The notes under the pieces are model-generated. The model searched no databases. It was not told where the DNA came from and was given only the letters and a program-made list of their open reading frames with translations. A stretch of 64,000 nt of DNA from Heteronotia binoei. Taxonomy: Eukaryota. This document shows positions 10,950-23,988 of the stretch, one piece after another (the first letter of the stretch is position 1; every line of letters starts with the position of its first letter). Location of the stretch: assembly GCF_032191835.1 (NCBI RefSeq), contig NC_083234.1, positions 62,124,001 to 62,188,000 of the forward strand, in the 5' to 3' direction. Made by a program: the position numbers and the translations under genes.

Positions 10950-13730
10950 TCCTTCTGGTTGATGTACCTGTCATAGTACTACAGTCTTCAGGACTTTTGT
11001 CAGTCAAGGCTCCATAAGGGATAGCCTGGACAAAAGAGCCAATTTAATGCTAAGAAAAGCACATGAGGCCACAACTATGTCAATCGGAGAGTCATCTGTG
11101 GCATCCATAGTATCCAAGGCAGCCATAGTCTGGACTAGAAAGGTGCTTCAGCTGATACCAGACAACAATCATCATCTGAATGGTGTCAACAGACTGCTCA
11201 TTCACAGCAGATGCTACCTTGGACTCTATGATTTTTTCCTCCAAAGCCATGGCTTCAATGGCAACAACCAGGAGAACATTATGGCTACGTGCATAGCATG
11301 CAGATTACCATTCCAAAACCATAGTTCCGGCATACTCATTCCAGGGGTACAAGCTGTTTGTAGATGCACTCACCAGAATCCTAGTGGGGACTAGGAAAAA
11401 GGAAAAGGCACTTCCAGAACCTTGAGACACAATGACAGAAGGCCCTTTGGAAATTGTTCCTTTCGTGCCCAGCATGTACTCTCTGGATTTAAATAGGGAA
11501 CTAGAATATCCAACTGGAATCAGTAAAAAAAAAATCCAACTGGAATCAGTCAAGTCAGAAGGGGAAACTTTAACATCAGGTTTAACTAGCAGCCAAATAG
11601 CAGACCAAACAGGACTGATTGAGATGGAAAAACTTTTAAGGCATGACTTTCTCCCACTCCAGAGGGAGGATGTCCAACTTCAGGGATGTCTGGATCAATT
11701 CCCATGCCAACAGTTGGACAATGGAAATAGTTACCAATGGCTACAGATCTCCCAGAGCAATTCATTACATCCCCTGTCCACAGGAATTCACAGAAACAGC
11801 ACAGAACCTTGAAAGTGATTGAACATCTTTTCAAGATCCAAGCCATAGAGCCTATCTGTCCTTCAGAAAGGGGACATGTACTCTAGGGGTTTTTTTTGTA
11901 CAGTCCCAAAGAATAACAAGGACTAGAGAACAATACTCAATCTGAAATAACTCAATAGATTTGTGAAACTGAAGCATTCAGAATGGAGACACTACAAGGA
12001 GAACCATCTTCAGTTTAGAGCTCTATCCTTTGGTCTACCTATAGTCCCAAGGGTTTTCTCAAAGGTCCTGATCTGTCCAGTTGTACGGTTGAGAACACAA
12101 GGAGTACATATCCCTCCTTAGCTGGATGAACTGCTAACCGGGTCCAGCTCAAGACACAAGTCAAGGGAAGACATGGAGAAAACCATACAGTGTTTACAAG
12201 CCCACAGATTCCTTGTGAATCTACACAAGAGCTCTCTGAAACCTACACAGAGATTGGAACACCTAGGCATGCTCATAGACTCCACATCCAACTGTCTTTT
12301 CCTCACAGACAAGAAGGTGAGGAAGACCAAGGATATGGTGACATCAATAATACAGAGCAGATCCTCATCACTTATGCCACTCACAGCATTGATAAGGATT
12401 CTTAATTTCAAACATAGATGCGATTCAGTGGGGCAGATTTCATTCCAGACTCCTACAACAGTTCCTAAGTCCCTTCCAAGTTCAGATCTTAAGGAAAGAA
12501 GATTTATCAATCCATATTCCATTAAGGGTATGATTCAATTTCACTTGATAGACAAGAATGTCCAATTTTTTTACAGGGCAAGAAATACTGGATTCCAGAA
12601 GTAAAACAGATATTTACAGATGCCAATCTATCCAGATTGGGGTGTGTGTGTGTGTGTGACACTAGACAAGGTTCTAGTACAGGGTTGTTGGGAGTAAAGA
12701 GGAAACAATGCTACTGATCAACCTGCTAGAGTTTTGAGCCATCTGACTAGCTCTTTTGGAAACAAAATAGTGCAAGCTCATGTTTTGATAAGAACAAACT
12801 ACACAGCAGCAAAAATTTACCTCAGCAAACAGAAAGTTCTAGATCCACAGTGCTTCATGAAGTGACCAGGATCCTAATGTGGGCACAGAAGAACCTGTCA
12901 TCTATCAGGGCAGAGCACATCAAGGGAATTGCAAATATTGAAGTGGACTGGCTCAGCAGGCAAACAGTCGAAGAGGGAGAATGGTACCTCAAGAAGGATC
13001 AGTTCAACCTAATTTTGAATAATTTTGACCCTCCAATATTGGATCTTTTTGCTCCCTTATGGCCTCATTGTCCATGGTTCTTGGCAATACTTCGAATGTT
13101 GACAGAGCTACCTCTAAGACTCCTGGTATCAGTGAACATGCTACAAGAACCAGTCTGGCATCCCAAACCAGAGTGGTTAAATTTGACCACTTGGAAACTG
13201 AGGGGAATAACATCCTCCAATTAGATTACAGCACAGAAGTCACTGATATTCTCCCTGCATCTAGGAGGCGATTGACAGAATATATAACACTGCTTGGAAG
13301 GCATTTGTTCATTGGTGTAGGAGGAAGAAAACCAGTGCTCTAAAACCCACAACTCAAATCACTTCTAGAGTTCATTCAAGAAAGCACTGAAAGAGGCTTG
13401 AGAGCTACTGCACTTAGAAGACAAGTGACAGCATTACCTATAGCATTACCTCAAGTTGAGGGTGTCAGTCTATCAAGGCACCCTCACACTCATCATTTCA
13501 TTAAGGGAGCATCTCTAAAAGATTCTCCACGGTTGCATGGATTTCCAACTGGGAAATGTCATACTGTACTGTCAGCCCTCACCGAATCTCCATTTGAATT
13601 AGAGGAATTCCACTGAAGTGGTTGAGAATGAAAATCTTATTCCCAGAGGCCATCATATTTGTGAGAAGGGTGTCAGAACTCAGCACTTTCCATCAAGCCC
13701 AGACTTTGTATTTTTCCATGTTGCATGAGA
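10950..13730 (+). mobile_element. DIRS-like retrotransposon remnant: gag end, RT, RNase H, methyltransferase-like region, start of tyrosine recombinase
   Basis: Broken frames give DKRANLMLRKAHEA (ORF1), FLVNLHKSSLKPTQRLEHLGMLIDS (RT), IRAEHIKGIANIEVDWLSR (RNase H), LDLFA...PLWPHCPWF (DIRS MT-like), HHFIKG...VLSALTESPFE and VRRVSEL (YR). The domain order is DIRS-type. Confidence 0.85.
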
Positions 13731-14343
13731 GAGAAGAGGAAATGCCTGTTCTTAAATGACTTAATATCTATGTATTATGTTGCATATTTTATGCATATTA
13801 TAATTATTAACTTGATTAATCAGTGTCATCCTTTAAATCAGGGGGAGGTGATGTGTTATCTCATGGGGGAAAGAGGAGTATATTTAATACTGAGCCAACT
13901 GCATACTGATTCAGGCTTGATTGAGACTCCAACATCTGGGGGCATGCCCAGGCCACAGGAAGATCCTGGCACAGGGAGGTAGCCAGGAGATGAGCACATC
14001 TGCATCCCTGGGTTATAAGTGGTGATAGGTCAAGCACAGAGCCTTGATTGAAATGGACAGTAAATTGAGGGGTTCTGTTGACTATTCCAGGAGTTCTGTC
14101 TTCCAAGGGTGAAGATTCTTCAATTTCATTATGACTTTGAAAAGGGCCTGGGACAAGTCTAGTCTGCTGCCTTGAAATGAGAGCACTGGAAAAAGGAAAG
14201 CTAGGGAATTTGTGTGGAAATGATTGGGTTTTAGAAGAAAATTGCATGCATGTGACTATTCCACAGGGGCAGAGAAAAGCGTATGACACAGAGCACAGAT
14301 CAAGAATTCAGCTTCCCAGGAAGATTGCTATTTTGCATAAAGC

Positions 14344-14823
14344 TAGGGTTGCCAAGTCCAATTCAAGAAATATCTGGGGACTTTGGGGGTGGAGCCAGAA
14401 GACATTGGGGGTGGAGCCAGGAGCAAGGTTGTGACAAGCATAATTGAACTCCAAAGGGAGTTCTGGCCATCACATTTAAAAGGACAACATTCCTTTTAAA
14501 TGCCTTTCCTCCACTGGAAATAATTAAGGATAGGGGCACCTTCTTTTGGGGCTCAATCATTTTGAGACATGGAGGGTATTCTGGAGAGAGCCACTGGATG
14601 TTATGCTGCAAATTTGGTGCATCTACCTCAAAAAACAGCCCTCCCTGAGCCCCAGATACCCACAGATCAATTCTTTATTATATCCTATGGGAACCAATCT
14701 CCATAGGGAATAATGGAGTGCCAGCAGACATTTCCTGCCCCCCACTTTCTGATGACCCTGAAGTAGGGGGAGGGCCTCCAAACTGGGGGATCCCCTGCCC
14801 TCACCTGTGGATTGGCAACCCAC
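14344..14823. mobile_element. hAT-type MITE, about 480 bp (TAGGGTTGCCA family, long subtype)
   Basis: tagggttgccaagtccaattcaag ... attggcaaccca; reverse complement of the 36390-36860 segment. Confidence 0.85.
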
Positions 14824-16156
14824 ACAGCCCTTGGGTGAGTCCTGATCTGCCGTGAGATTTGTCATTCAAATGAGTGTTTGTGAATTCCCTACTTGGAACT
14901 CAGTTCCCAGGCACATGGGTCCTGAGTCAGAGCAGAACTACAGTGCCCGGGGGGTGGGGGGGGGGAGGCAGGGTGTCCCTCCCTTTCCTTATTTGAATTG
15001 GCCCCTGGGGAGCTGTTTGCCCCCATCAATATGCACAGAATCCACCAATGGGACTAATATTGATTCCCTGAAGCTGGGAGAATGAGTTTTCTGGGAAAGC
15101 CATAAGCCCCTTCTCCATTCACACAGTGATTCTGATCCAAATTGGACCATATGTGCCTGGGAATTGAATTTTCAATGAGGAACTCACAGCTGTACATCTG
15201 ATCACAGACTTCTGGGGAAAACCCAAGGAAAATGTAACCTGTAGTTAGATCTTTTTAAAAGTTAGTTTTCATTGTTTTTTGAAAAGAATATATATTTTCA
15301 GCGGTTTGTACAAACTGTGGTTAAATGCCAGAAGCCAGAGGATTTGATGAACAAGATTCTCTGTAGTCACAAAATGGAGCTTTGATGCCCTACATTTCGT
15401 CCTCCCCCTCTCTGTGGTTATTGGGAATGAATTATTCAACTTAAGAGATTGTGTATATGTATTTAATTTGAATAATGTATGCAAGTTACAGAATTCAGCT
15501 TTGCTTTTCACAAGATCTCTGTTACGCTACAGATTTTTTTTTAATTGCTACAGCAGACAAATAACTCTGGCTTTATGTCTCTTAAGGATGAAACAACTGG
15601 GAATGGAAGGACATTACAGGGTCCACTGTCCAATGGAGAAATAAAGGACAGTCATAGTTACTTGGGTCCTGCCTCCTCCCTGTATGCCCTTTGCTCTGAG
15701 AGGTTTTAGGAAATAAGTCCACCCTTTTCCTTACCCTTTGAATCAGAAAGTTAGTTGGGTTGGTGAGGTTTCCTGTCCCTTGTGTGCCAGGAAAGTGAAG
15801 GGCTGTTTCCAGCTCATCTAAGCAACCTCTGGTAATCTCAGAGGAGACACATTAGTTTGGCCTGTTCTCATCTGCTCAAAGTGTCATGGAGTAGCAGCCG
15901 CAGCAGCATTTTGGCATGAGCAGGGAGGGAAAGTAGGTCAGGGAAGGCGCTGTCAAATGAAACAGTCTCCTGGAATATTGATGGGAATCAAGAATCAGAT
16001 GGGAATTGATTTCAGAGGCAAGTGCTGAGACTCATGGTCACAACTAATATCCATCCAGTGTTAGATACTGGGAAAAGCTTGTGCTTGTGGTCCTCTGGGA
16101 ATAGGAATGCTGTTATCCAGCTTTGTATTAGGGAGAAAATGAGGCTAGGTGGGTAG

Positions 16157-16613
16157 TAGGGGTGTGCACTTGGTATATACATACTGAGCTGAATAAATAT
16201 ATTTAAAAATACCTTATTGGTATTTTTCTTGTATTTGTTCAGCCAAATCAGATTAGAGAATCTTATTCAGCTATTGAGATAGCTGCGCCCAAATAAATGC
16301 CAATACTAATTGCTTTGATTCAGGTGCAGCTAGAAGACATTTAAGGTTTAAATGCCTTCTGAATTTGCTGAATCGCACTGCAATGGTGGCATGATATTGA
16401 GTGAACTCAGAAGACATTTAAGCTTTAAATGCTATCTGAACTCAATTATATCCTAGAGGAACGATCCCCGAGCTGAATAAATTTGGTGTTTCCAAATATT
16501 TACCCGAGTCCCATTACAGCACTGATACTGGAATTTGGGAATATTTGGGAATACCATTTTTTTTTGTCCAATAGACCTGAATGGGAGAAAAAACTGATTT
16601 GTGCATACCGCTA
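16157..16613. mobile_element. hAT-type MITE (TAGGGGTGTGCA termini)
   Basis: taggggtgtgcac ... gtgcataccgcta; flanks gtgggtag/atgggtaa match 6 of 8, consistent with a decayed TSD. Confidence 0.65.
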
Positions 16614-16859
16614 ATGGGTAAAAAAAAAAACCTGTCAGGGAGGGAGAAGGATCTGAGTTTGCCCTTTATGTGATTAGTTGTTTGTAAATGAAGCTGAGAA
16701 TGGTCACAGTGATGCCCAGTGCATGCAGATTCTACATTCAAGATCTGAGGAATCTTTCCAAAGGACACAGTATTTTGTTTTTTTTGCTTCATGTCACATA
16801 TCTCTACAAACATCTTTGTTACTAATAACTGTATCAGGCAGTTAAATTTCAAGGATTTA

Positions 16860-17340
16860 CGGTAGTTATTTATTTAATTATGATGGTTTTAATTAGCAAA
16901 TTATATATTGTACTGAGATAATGTTTTATATTGTAATTTTGTATTTGTTATATGTTGTGAGCTGCCCTGAGCCTGCTTTGGCGGGGAGGGCGGGATATAA
17001 ATAAAATATTATTATTATTTAATCAAATTTATATCCCACCCTCCCCTAACAGGATCAGGGCAGCTCACAACAGTTAAAACAACATAAAATTTAAAACAAG
17101 ATATACAATAAAATAATTTCCATACATTTTACAATCATTATGTTCAAGATGTGCATTGATATTCTGATCATTCTAATGTTTTTAGTTTTGGTTCTTACAG
17201 TTCAGTGAGATTGCTGGTGCTGTGGAATAATAGTCACCTCCGCTTAGCTATTGAAAGCAAGTTTAAACAATTTGGTCTTACAGCCTTGGATTGTTTTAGT
17301 TGGTTCATCTAAACCTAGGTGTTTCCTGTGTAGTTATGCC
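16860..17340. mobile_element. Two L2-like 3' ends, tail to tail
   Basis: Forward gttgtgagctgccctgagcc...gggatataaat (16954-17002) and reverse atttatatccc...gggcagctcacaac (17027-17071). Confidence 0.7.
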
Positions 17341-17412
17341 ATTGATATGCATGGCCATATAGATGGCCATCTGACAGCAATGAAGTTCCTGTGAAGTTTG
17401 GAGGAGGTGTTT

Positions 17413-17485
17413 GTGAGTTTCCTGCATTGTGCAGGGGGTTGGACTAGATGACCCTAGATGTCCCTTCCAACTCTATGATTGATTC
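17413..17485 (+). mobile_element. CR1 3' terminus
   Basis: gggggttggactagatgacc...cccttccaactctatgatt...ctat, a classic CR1 3' UTR. Confidence 0.8.
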
Positions 17486-17589
17486 TACAAGACCAAAATC
17501 CCTTCAGATAAGCATTGAAATAAACATTCATTGTCACTACATTTTCAGCAGCAGTAGTGCTTTATGGTAAAATGCATAATGCAAACTGG

Positions 17590-17830
17590 ACATAAGAAGA
17601 CCAAGGGTGGATCAGACCCATGGTCTACCTAGTGGTTCACTCAGTGGCTAACCAGTTGCCCTGAAGAACCAATAGATAGGACATAGAGGCCTTTCACTGA
17701 TGCTGCTTTCCAGCACTGGTGTTCTGAGGTTTGCTGCCTCTGAACATGGAAGTTCCTTTTAGTAACCATGACTAGTTGCAATTGATCAACCTATTCTCTG
17801 TGAATCTTTCTATTCACCATTTAAAACCAC
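17590..17830 (-). mobile_element. CR1 3' fragment
   Basis: cataagaaga...ggatcagacccatggtc...ctagt, a reverse CR1 tail and 3' UTR. Confidence 0.65.
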
Positions 17831-18996
17831 AAATGGAGTTCCAGCAGTTTTATGGTAGTTTTTTTGCAGTACTGGGATTCTCCAGTGTACACAGTACTTT
17901 CAGAAAGTAGTTGTTCGTTTTAGTTGAAGGACACAGGATGAATTTAAGACAGGCCAATGTGAAGGGATATTTTTCTCCTTTTACAACCCCCCCATAAAAC
18001 CAAGTAACTTTATATACCTGGGATGTCCTCCTCTCCCTATAGTATACAGAAACCCTACCTTGTTTATGAATGAGTCTGTTTTGCTGCTATACTGATAAGC
18101 CCTTAACCATCAAATTTGCACTGAAAGGGGTGATGATTGATATCTGTTCAAGGACATGATAAATTGTGTACTACAAAAGAAAGACATAAAAATCAAGGGA
18201 AATGGGAGTGAAAGAGAAGTGAAAGTCAGGCTCTAATGTAGCAAGGATATGGGGAATGCCACTCTAGTATCTGGTCTGAAACAAGCTGTCTTGAGACATT
18301 CATGACATGTAATGTGAGATTCTTTCTGCAGGCAGTGTTCTTTTTGAAATCTGCCCACCCCCATGGACACTGATAGGTTTGCTGAGGTCAGTGTGCAATT
18401 ATAATTGGGGGATGGGGAGGAATGCTTTTGGGTTGCCTCCATGGAATTGTGAAGTAGCCACAGCTTGTGAAAGGTTGGAGAGGAGAAATAAAAGAGAGGT
18501 CTGCAGGTGGCACAGCAGTGGAAATATGCATAATCAGATTTTTCTTGTTTCATTGGCAACAGTGAAAAAGGGCAGAAATGAGGCATCAAAACTGTTGTAA
18601 GGGTCTTATCATATGCTTCATACTTTTTAAAAGGTACTAAGTGTTGTGAAAAAGGAGAACTAATTAGGCACAGCATAGAATTAAATGTGCAGTTTTGCTT
18701 TCTGGGATAAATTATAGGAAGAAGTGTCCTTTTTTCTAAAATGACATCTACCACCTGCAGTTTTTATGATTAAAATAATTAACATTTTTTTAAAAAAAAA
18801 AACAGTATTTCCCAATGTATGGGGTGTCTTTTTAGATAATTAAGTGTTTTTTAATTAATTTAAAGCAATTAATGGTCTAAAAAGTGCATCCTTAATTTTC
18901 CATTTGGTGGTGTAAGGAATCCTTTGATCTATTGATCCTTAACAGATGACTTGTGAGTCTCATTAGAGAAAGGAACAGAGAAAGTGACAGGGCAGT

Positions 18997-19190
18997 GAAC
19001 GTGTGTGTGTGTGTGTAAAGTGCCATCAAGTCACAATCAATTTATGGCAGCCCAAGCAAGGGGCTTTCGAGGCAAATGAGGTGGTTTTGCCATCGCCATC
19101 CTTTGCAGAGTCTTCCTTGGAAGTCTCCCTTCAAAGTACTAACTCTGCTTAGTTTCTAAGATTTGAAATTGGGTTATGCCATGCCACTTT
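18997..19190 (-). mobile_element. Decayed 5S-derived SINE with RTE-like tail
   Basis: gtgccatcaagtcaca...atggc and ggtggttttgccatcgcc; homologous to 42823-43032. Confidence 0.55.
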
Positions 19191-19371
19191 CTTTTCCACT
19201 AAGAAGCTTTTAAAAAGAAAGTGGTCTATTGCATGGTGATGAGACCCTGATCTTGAATTGTTGGATTATTTAGTCCAAACAAGCCCACCCTTTCAATGCT
19301 TAGCAGTAATTTAGTAAACCTCAGTAGTTGAGTCTATCTGACTTTTCTCCTCCTTTCCATGTGCTTCACAG

Positions 19372-19559
19372 AAGAGAGGGTGGAAGATTTCCCATGTGGT
19401 GAGGAGCTACCTGCCAGGCTATGTGATAAAGGAACCGTATGCCAAAAATACTGGGAAGGCCCCAACTTTGGAATTACCAACTTTGATAACATCCTGTTTG
19501 CTGTGCTCACAGTCTTCCAGTGCATCACCATGGAGGGATGGACAGACATACTCTACAAT
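19372..19559 (+). CDS. CACNA1B: Cav2.2 alpha-1B coding exon (exon 6 equivalent; domain I extracellular loop and pore helix/selectivity filter)
   Basis: Pyrimidine tract, cacag|AAGAG acceptor and AAT|gtaagt donor; 188 bp, in frame with the previous exon. Reads (E)[75 protein letters not shown] and WTDILYN are Cav2.2-type; TMEGW holds the domain I filter glutamate. Confidence 0.95.
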
Positions 19560-22500
19560 GTAAGTACAACCAGTAATGTCAGTAAAACTGTATCTTGGAT
19601 TCTGAATTCCTGTTACATCATAAAAGAGCATGGTTGTTTTTGAACTCACAGCTAAGTGAACAAGACTGAAGGATAGGAAGGGCTGAGGAAAAAAGACTGC
19701 TAGGAAAAGTGAAGGAGGCAGGGAAACTGGGGGAAATTACCATTAAAGAGCAGGACCACAGATAGTGAAGAATGTCTGAAGGATGACAGCCTTCAGTAGA
19801 GTAGGAAAGGGAGAATAGTTTAAAGGATTGTGGGAAAATATGAGTCAAAGAAAGTTGGGAAATGAAAGTAATCAGTAGATTCAGAGGAAGAAGACAGGGA
19901 AAGCATTGGCTGTAGGAAACTGAGGAGATGGCGAAAGGGATAAATCCAAAGGATAATTGAAACTGGAAAAAGTAATGGGTAAAGATTAGAAATGCTCATG
20001 ACTGGGAGCCAGTTTTACCTGTGGGTTCAAAATCACCAGCAAATATTTGGCTGCAGCTCTTCGATAATCTGTTTATGTACAAATATATCAGTTATGCAAG
20101 TATTTGATTAGGGTTGCAGAAATCACTGTGCATACAGAAGGTCTCAAATTCACATCCCTAAAATTTTCCATGCAGCTCTCAGCACAAGTTTCTCCCCAAA
20201 TCTTCCTTTGCAATTAAATCATGTAAACTCTTTAATCTTCCCTTCTCCCCATCTTTGTGAGTCTAACTTCTTGGCAAATACCACACTTGCCAGATGTCTG
20301 CACCCTTAATTTAGTGACCCAGAATTGTCCTCATTTATCAGTGACTGACACTGGGCCTAGTCTGGGCTTCCTAAATCTATGAGCTTGATCTGCGAAGATC
20401 TACTTTACACATTACTCTTTCGATAAGGAGATTTATCTTTGTCAGGAAAAAAAATTAACACATGCACTAGCTAGAGGTTGATTCTGTCAGAGAGGCATCC
20501 TGCCTTCTTGCATGCCTCAGCAGCTTCGCTGTCTGACATATCCCTTCATTTGCACATCCTTGAGCCCATTTCCTGCCAATAATTAAAGTGCCTATTTGTC
20601 AATAACATGCTTTCTGCAACCAAGGCTGCGCTAAAATGAACCTCTGGGTAACAAGCCTATGGGCATCATATCTCTTGCTTGTAAGATCGGTGTTCTGTGA
20701 TGAATTGTATAAGCATACAGTCCTGCCTGGAGAGACGGTTAAAGCTCAGAACAAGTGGTCTACATTTCCTTAAATATTAGATGCGATACAGCTTCAGATA
20801 TATGTAGTACTAAACCCATAGTACAATGTCTGATTTGTGAAGCCACTTGATGATAAAAGAAAGAAGAAATGGGTGCATTGGATGGTATGACACAGGGCAC
20901 TAACTGCCAACCTTATTAATTGTCTTTGACCTGTCCTTTTTGTAGAGCTTTATGCCAGGTATTCCTAGTGTGGCTAGTCACATTCCAGGAAGCATTATAG
21001 TGATGCCTCCATCAGATTCTGTTTTGTCATTTCCTAACAGTTACCTACCTGCTGTGAGTGATTCTGCATTTGCTGCTTTCCCATTGGAAAGCAACAGGAG
21101 AGGCCATATTATAGACTTGTTGGTTTGACACTGCAGCCTTTCAGCACTACTGAAGGTTAGTGTATTCATAGCATGAGTATTGCTATTTGGCGTGGTGGTA
21201 ATTGGACTTCAGGGCAACAGGAATGCTAACATGAATGTAGAGTGTTGGGGCAGCTTCATACTCAGTTCCGGAAATACACAGGAGTTCCTGCAACAAATAT
21301 ATAAAGCATAGACAGCAATAAATGCCCATTTGTATGTGCAGGAGAACCCTGACTAGGCCAACATCTCTAGGTTGCATGGTGACATGCATGCATGTCATAC
21401 ACATATTACGTATTTTCTGTGGTTAAATACCACAGCAGTGTGAAGTGAACATGTCTGCCACATAAGGCATGGAGCTGCTCATAGTGGCAACAGTGTACAC
21501 AATTTTAGGAGGATAGTGGTATAGAAATTCTCTGCAACTCAACTGAAGTTGTCAGCCACATTGTTCCTGATCAGTATGGGTGGTCTGTGTAATTTCCCAC
21601 TAGCCAAAGGAAGTAGGCTTATTTGGAGTTTCATGTGTGATGAGAAAAGTTCAACCCTGTCATGCTGCCTTGGGGGAAAATAATGGTTTGAGGCCAAACC
21701 ATGCGTCCAAAGGCTGGTTTGGAATCATTCCGCCCCTGCCATCTTCTGTGTCTCTGATAATCAATTAAGGAGTTAAAAAAGCAAGAGGGTGGATTGGTGG
21801 TTCTCCTTGAACACACAAATCTGTCTTCCTTTTTGCTTCATTTGTTCATGGTTTAAGCTTTTATGGGACTTTTCCTTTTAATTGGAGGCTATGAAAGCAT
21901 TCTAGCAAGAGCTTATCTGGAAAGTGATTTATGCTGGAGGCAGAGATATTAAAGCATCAGTGAGGTAAAAAGCTTTAAGAAGAAGCTGGGGAGTTCTGTT
22001 CTTGAAACAGCAACACATGAGGGAGGCTCTGGAAAATGAATTTCTGAAAAAGCTCCTTTGGTTTTAGCCTGAGAGTTTTATGGGGTTTTTTTTGGCGGCG
22101 GGGGTGGGGGGGAGGGGAATGGGTTATGTGTCAGAAATTCCAGCTCTTCCAAACAAAGCCAGAACGGAAGGCATCAAGTGACCATATGATCTACCTCTCT
22201 GGCTTTGAGGGAGGAGTGTCCACTTGTCTTCTTCCCCACAGATCATCAATAGAAGAGAGAAAACAGTGTGTCACAAGTAAAAATGGCTGTCTATCCCACA
22301 AAGGAGAGGAGTATAGAAAAACTGGCCCAGCCTCAGGTGATAAGCCAAGAGATTCAGTTTAGGGGATTTCAACCTCCCTTTTTCTGCTCCTCATTCAGAG
22401 CCAAAGTTCATATTACATGGGGGATCTATGCTTGGATTTCTCAACTTAAAAAAGCAAAAGAGAGGTGAAAATGAGTATTTGTGTGGAGAAGTAATATTAA

Positions 22501-23988
22501 CTTTTGGATGGAGCAACTCTGTGTAAGGTTGTTAATTCTTTCCCATTACAATATTTTTGTGGTTAAAATATCTCCTCCCTCTCCTGTGGTTTTTCACCAC
22601 AGGGAAAATACAGGAGCCTCCCTTGTAAGAGGCTTTGATGTCCACTCAGGAAATAGTGTAGTCTTTTGTGACTGTGGAACGTCCTCCATGGGAAATTCTC
22701 CTTAACCCTTTGTTGATATTAGTTTTGGAAAACAGTTCTTTTTGCAAGGAGCCTTTAGCTTGTAAATTTAAGTAGTTGTTATTTGGTACTGCTACTTTGT
22801 GAACTGATTTATGAGAATATGCCAGATCACTCATTAATTGCTGATACTTGGAGTAGTTTTGTTTTAACTATTGGGTTTTTTTTTAAATGCGCAATTTAAA
22901 AATTATGTATTAAGTAGTTTTATAAGTTGTAGATGGTTATTATCTGCTTTGAATTCTTAGACAGAAAAGCAAACTATGGATAAAACAATTTTTAGACTCT
23001 AAGCTGTTAAAACTGGGAAATCCCTACCTCAGAGGTTCCTGCCCTGAATTCATTAGGTGGCTTAGGTGAGAGCCAGTGTGGTGAAGTAGTTAGAATGTTA
23101 GACCAGGACCTGTGACAACTGGGTTTAAATTCTGATTTGTGGAAGCTTGTCAGGTGACCTTGGAGCAGTCACAACCTCTTAGCCTAATCTACCTAACAGG
23201 TTGGTAGGATTGCCAAGTCTGTGTTGGACAACACGTTGAAGGCTTTGGAGTGGATCTAGTAGAGGGCAGGGTTTTGGGAGGGGAGGGGCCTCATCATGGT
23301 ACAATGCCATAGACTCCACCCTTCAAAGTGGCCATTTTCTCCAGGGGAGCTGATCTCTGCCAGGTTGTAAAAGTGGGAGATCTCCAGGCCTCACCTGGAG
23401 GCTGATGCAACAAGCAAGAAACAGCACGATGTACAGTTTGAGCAAAATTGAACAAAAACACCATGTACTATAACACTAATTAGTGCTTAAAATTGTTTAG
23501 CTCAAATATACTAATTCATTCGCAATACAAATAACAATCACACATGTATCTAACAACACATTAAAGAGTCACAATCCCAGTCTCTGCTGCACCATAGGGC
23601 TTCTTGATTTTCACTGGAAAGGTCTCAGTAGTTTCTAGCACACAAGATGTAGATGGATTAAAGTCCAGCCTGAAAATTCCTCAGTGGCTCATGTGCAGAC
23701 ACCTCAGGTGTGACGACATGCATCCTAGGATAACATGCAGAATTTTTAACCAAGGATGCATGTTGTACGCCTGAGGTGTTTGCATGTAAGCTATTGAGGA
23801 ATTTTTAGGATGGACTTTAATTCATCTACCTCTTGTGTACCAAAAACTTCTGAGACCTTTCAAGTGAAAATCAAGAAGCCTTATGATGTGACAGAGACTG
23901 GGATTGTGACTCTTTAATGTGTTGTTAGATATATGTGTGCTTACTATTTATATTGCGAAGGAATGAGTATACCTGAGTTAAAGCAACT

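Noticed and set aside
2757-13730. One DIRS element split by later insertions
   Set aside because: Both pieces contain the same ORF1 region with different sequence, and the host exon lies between them.
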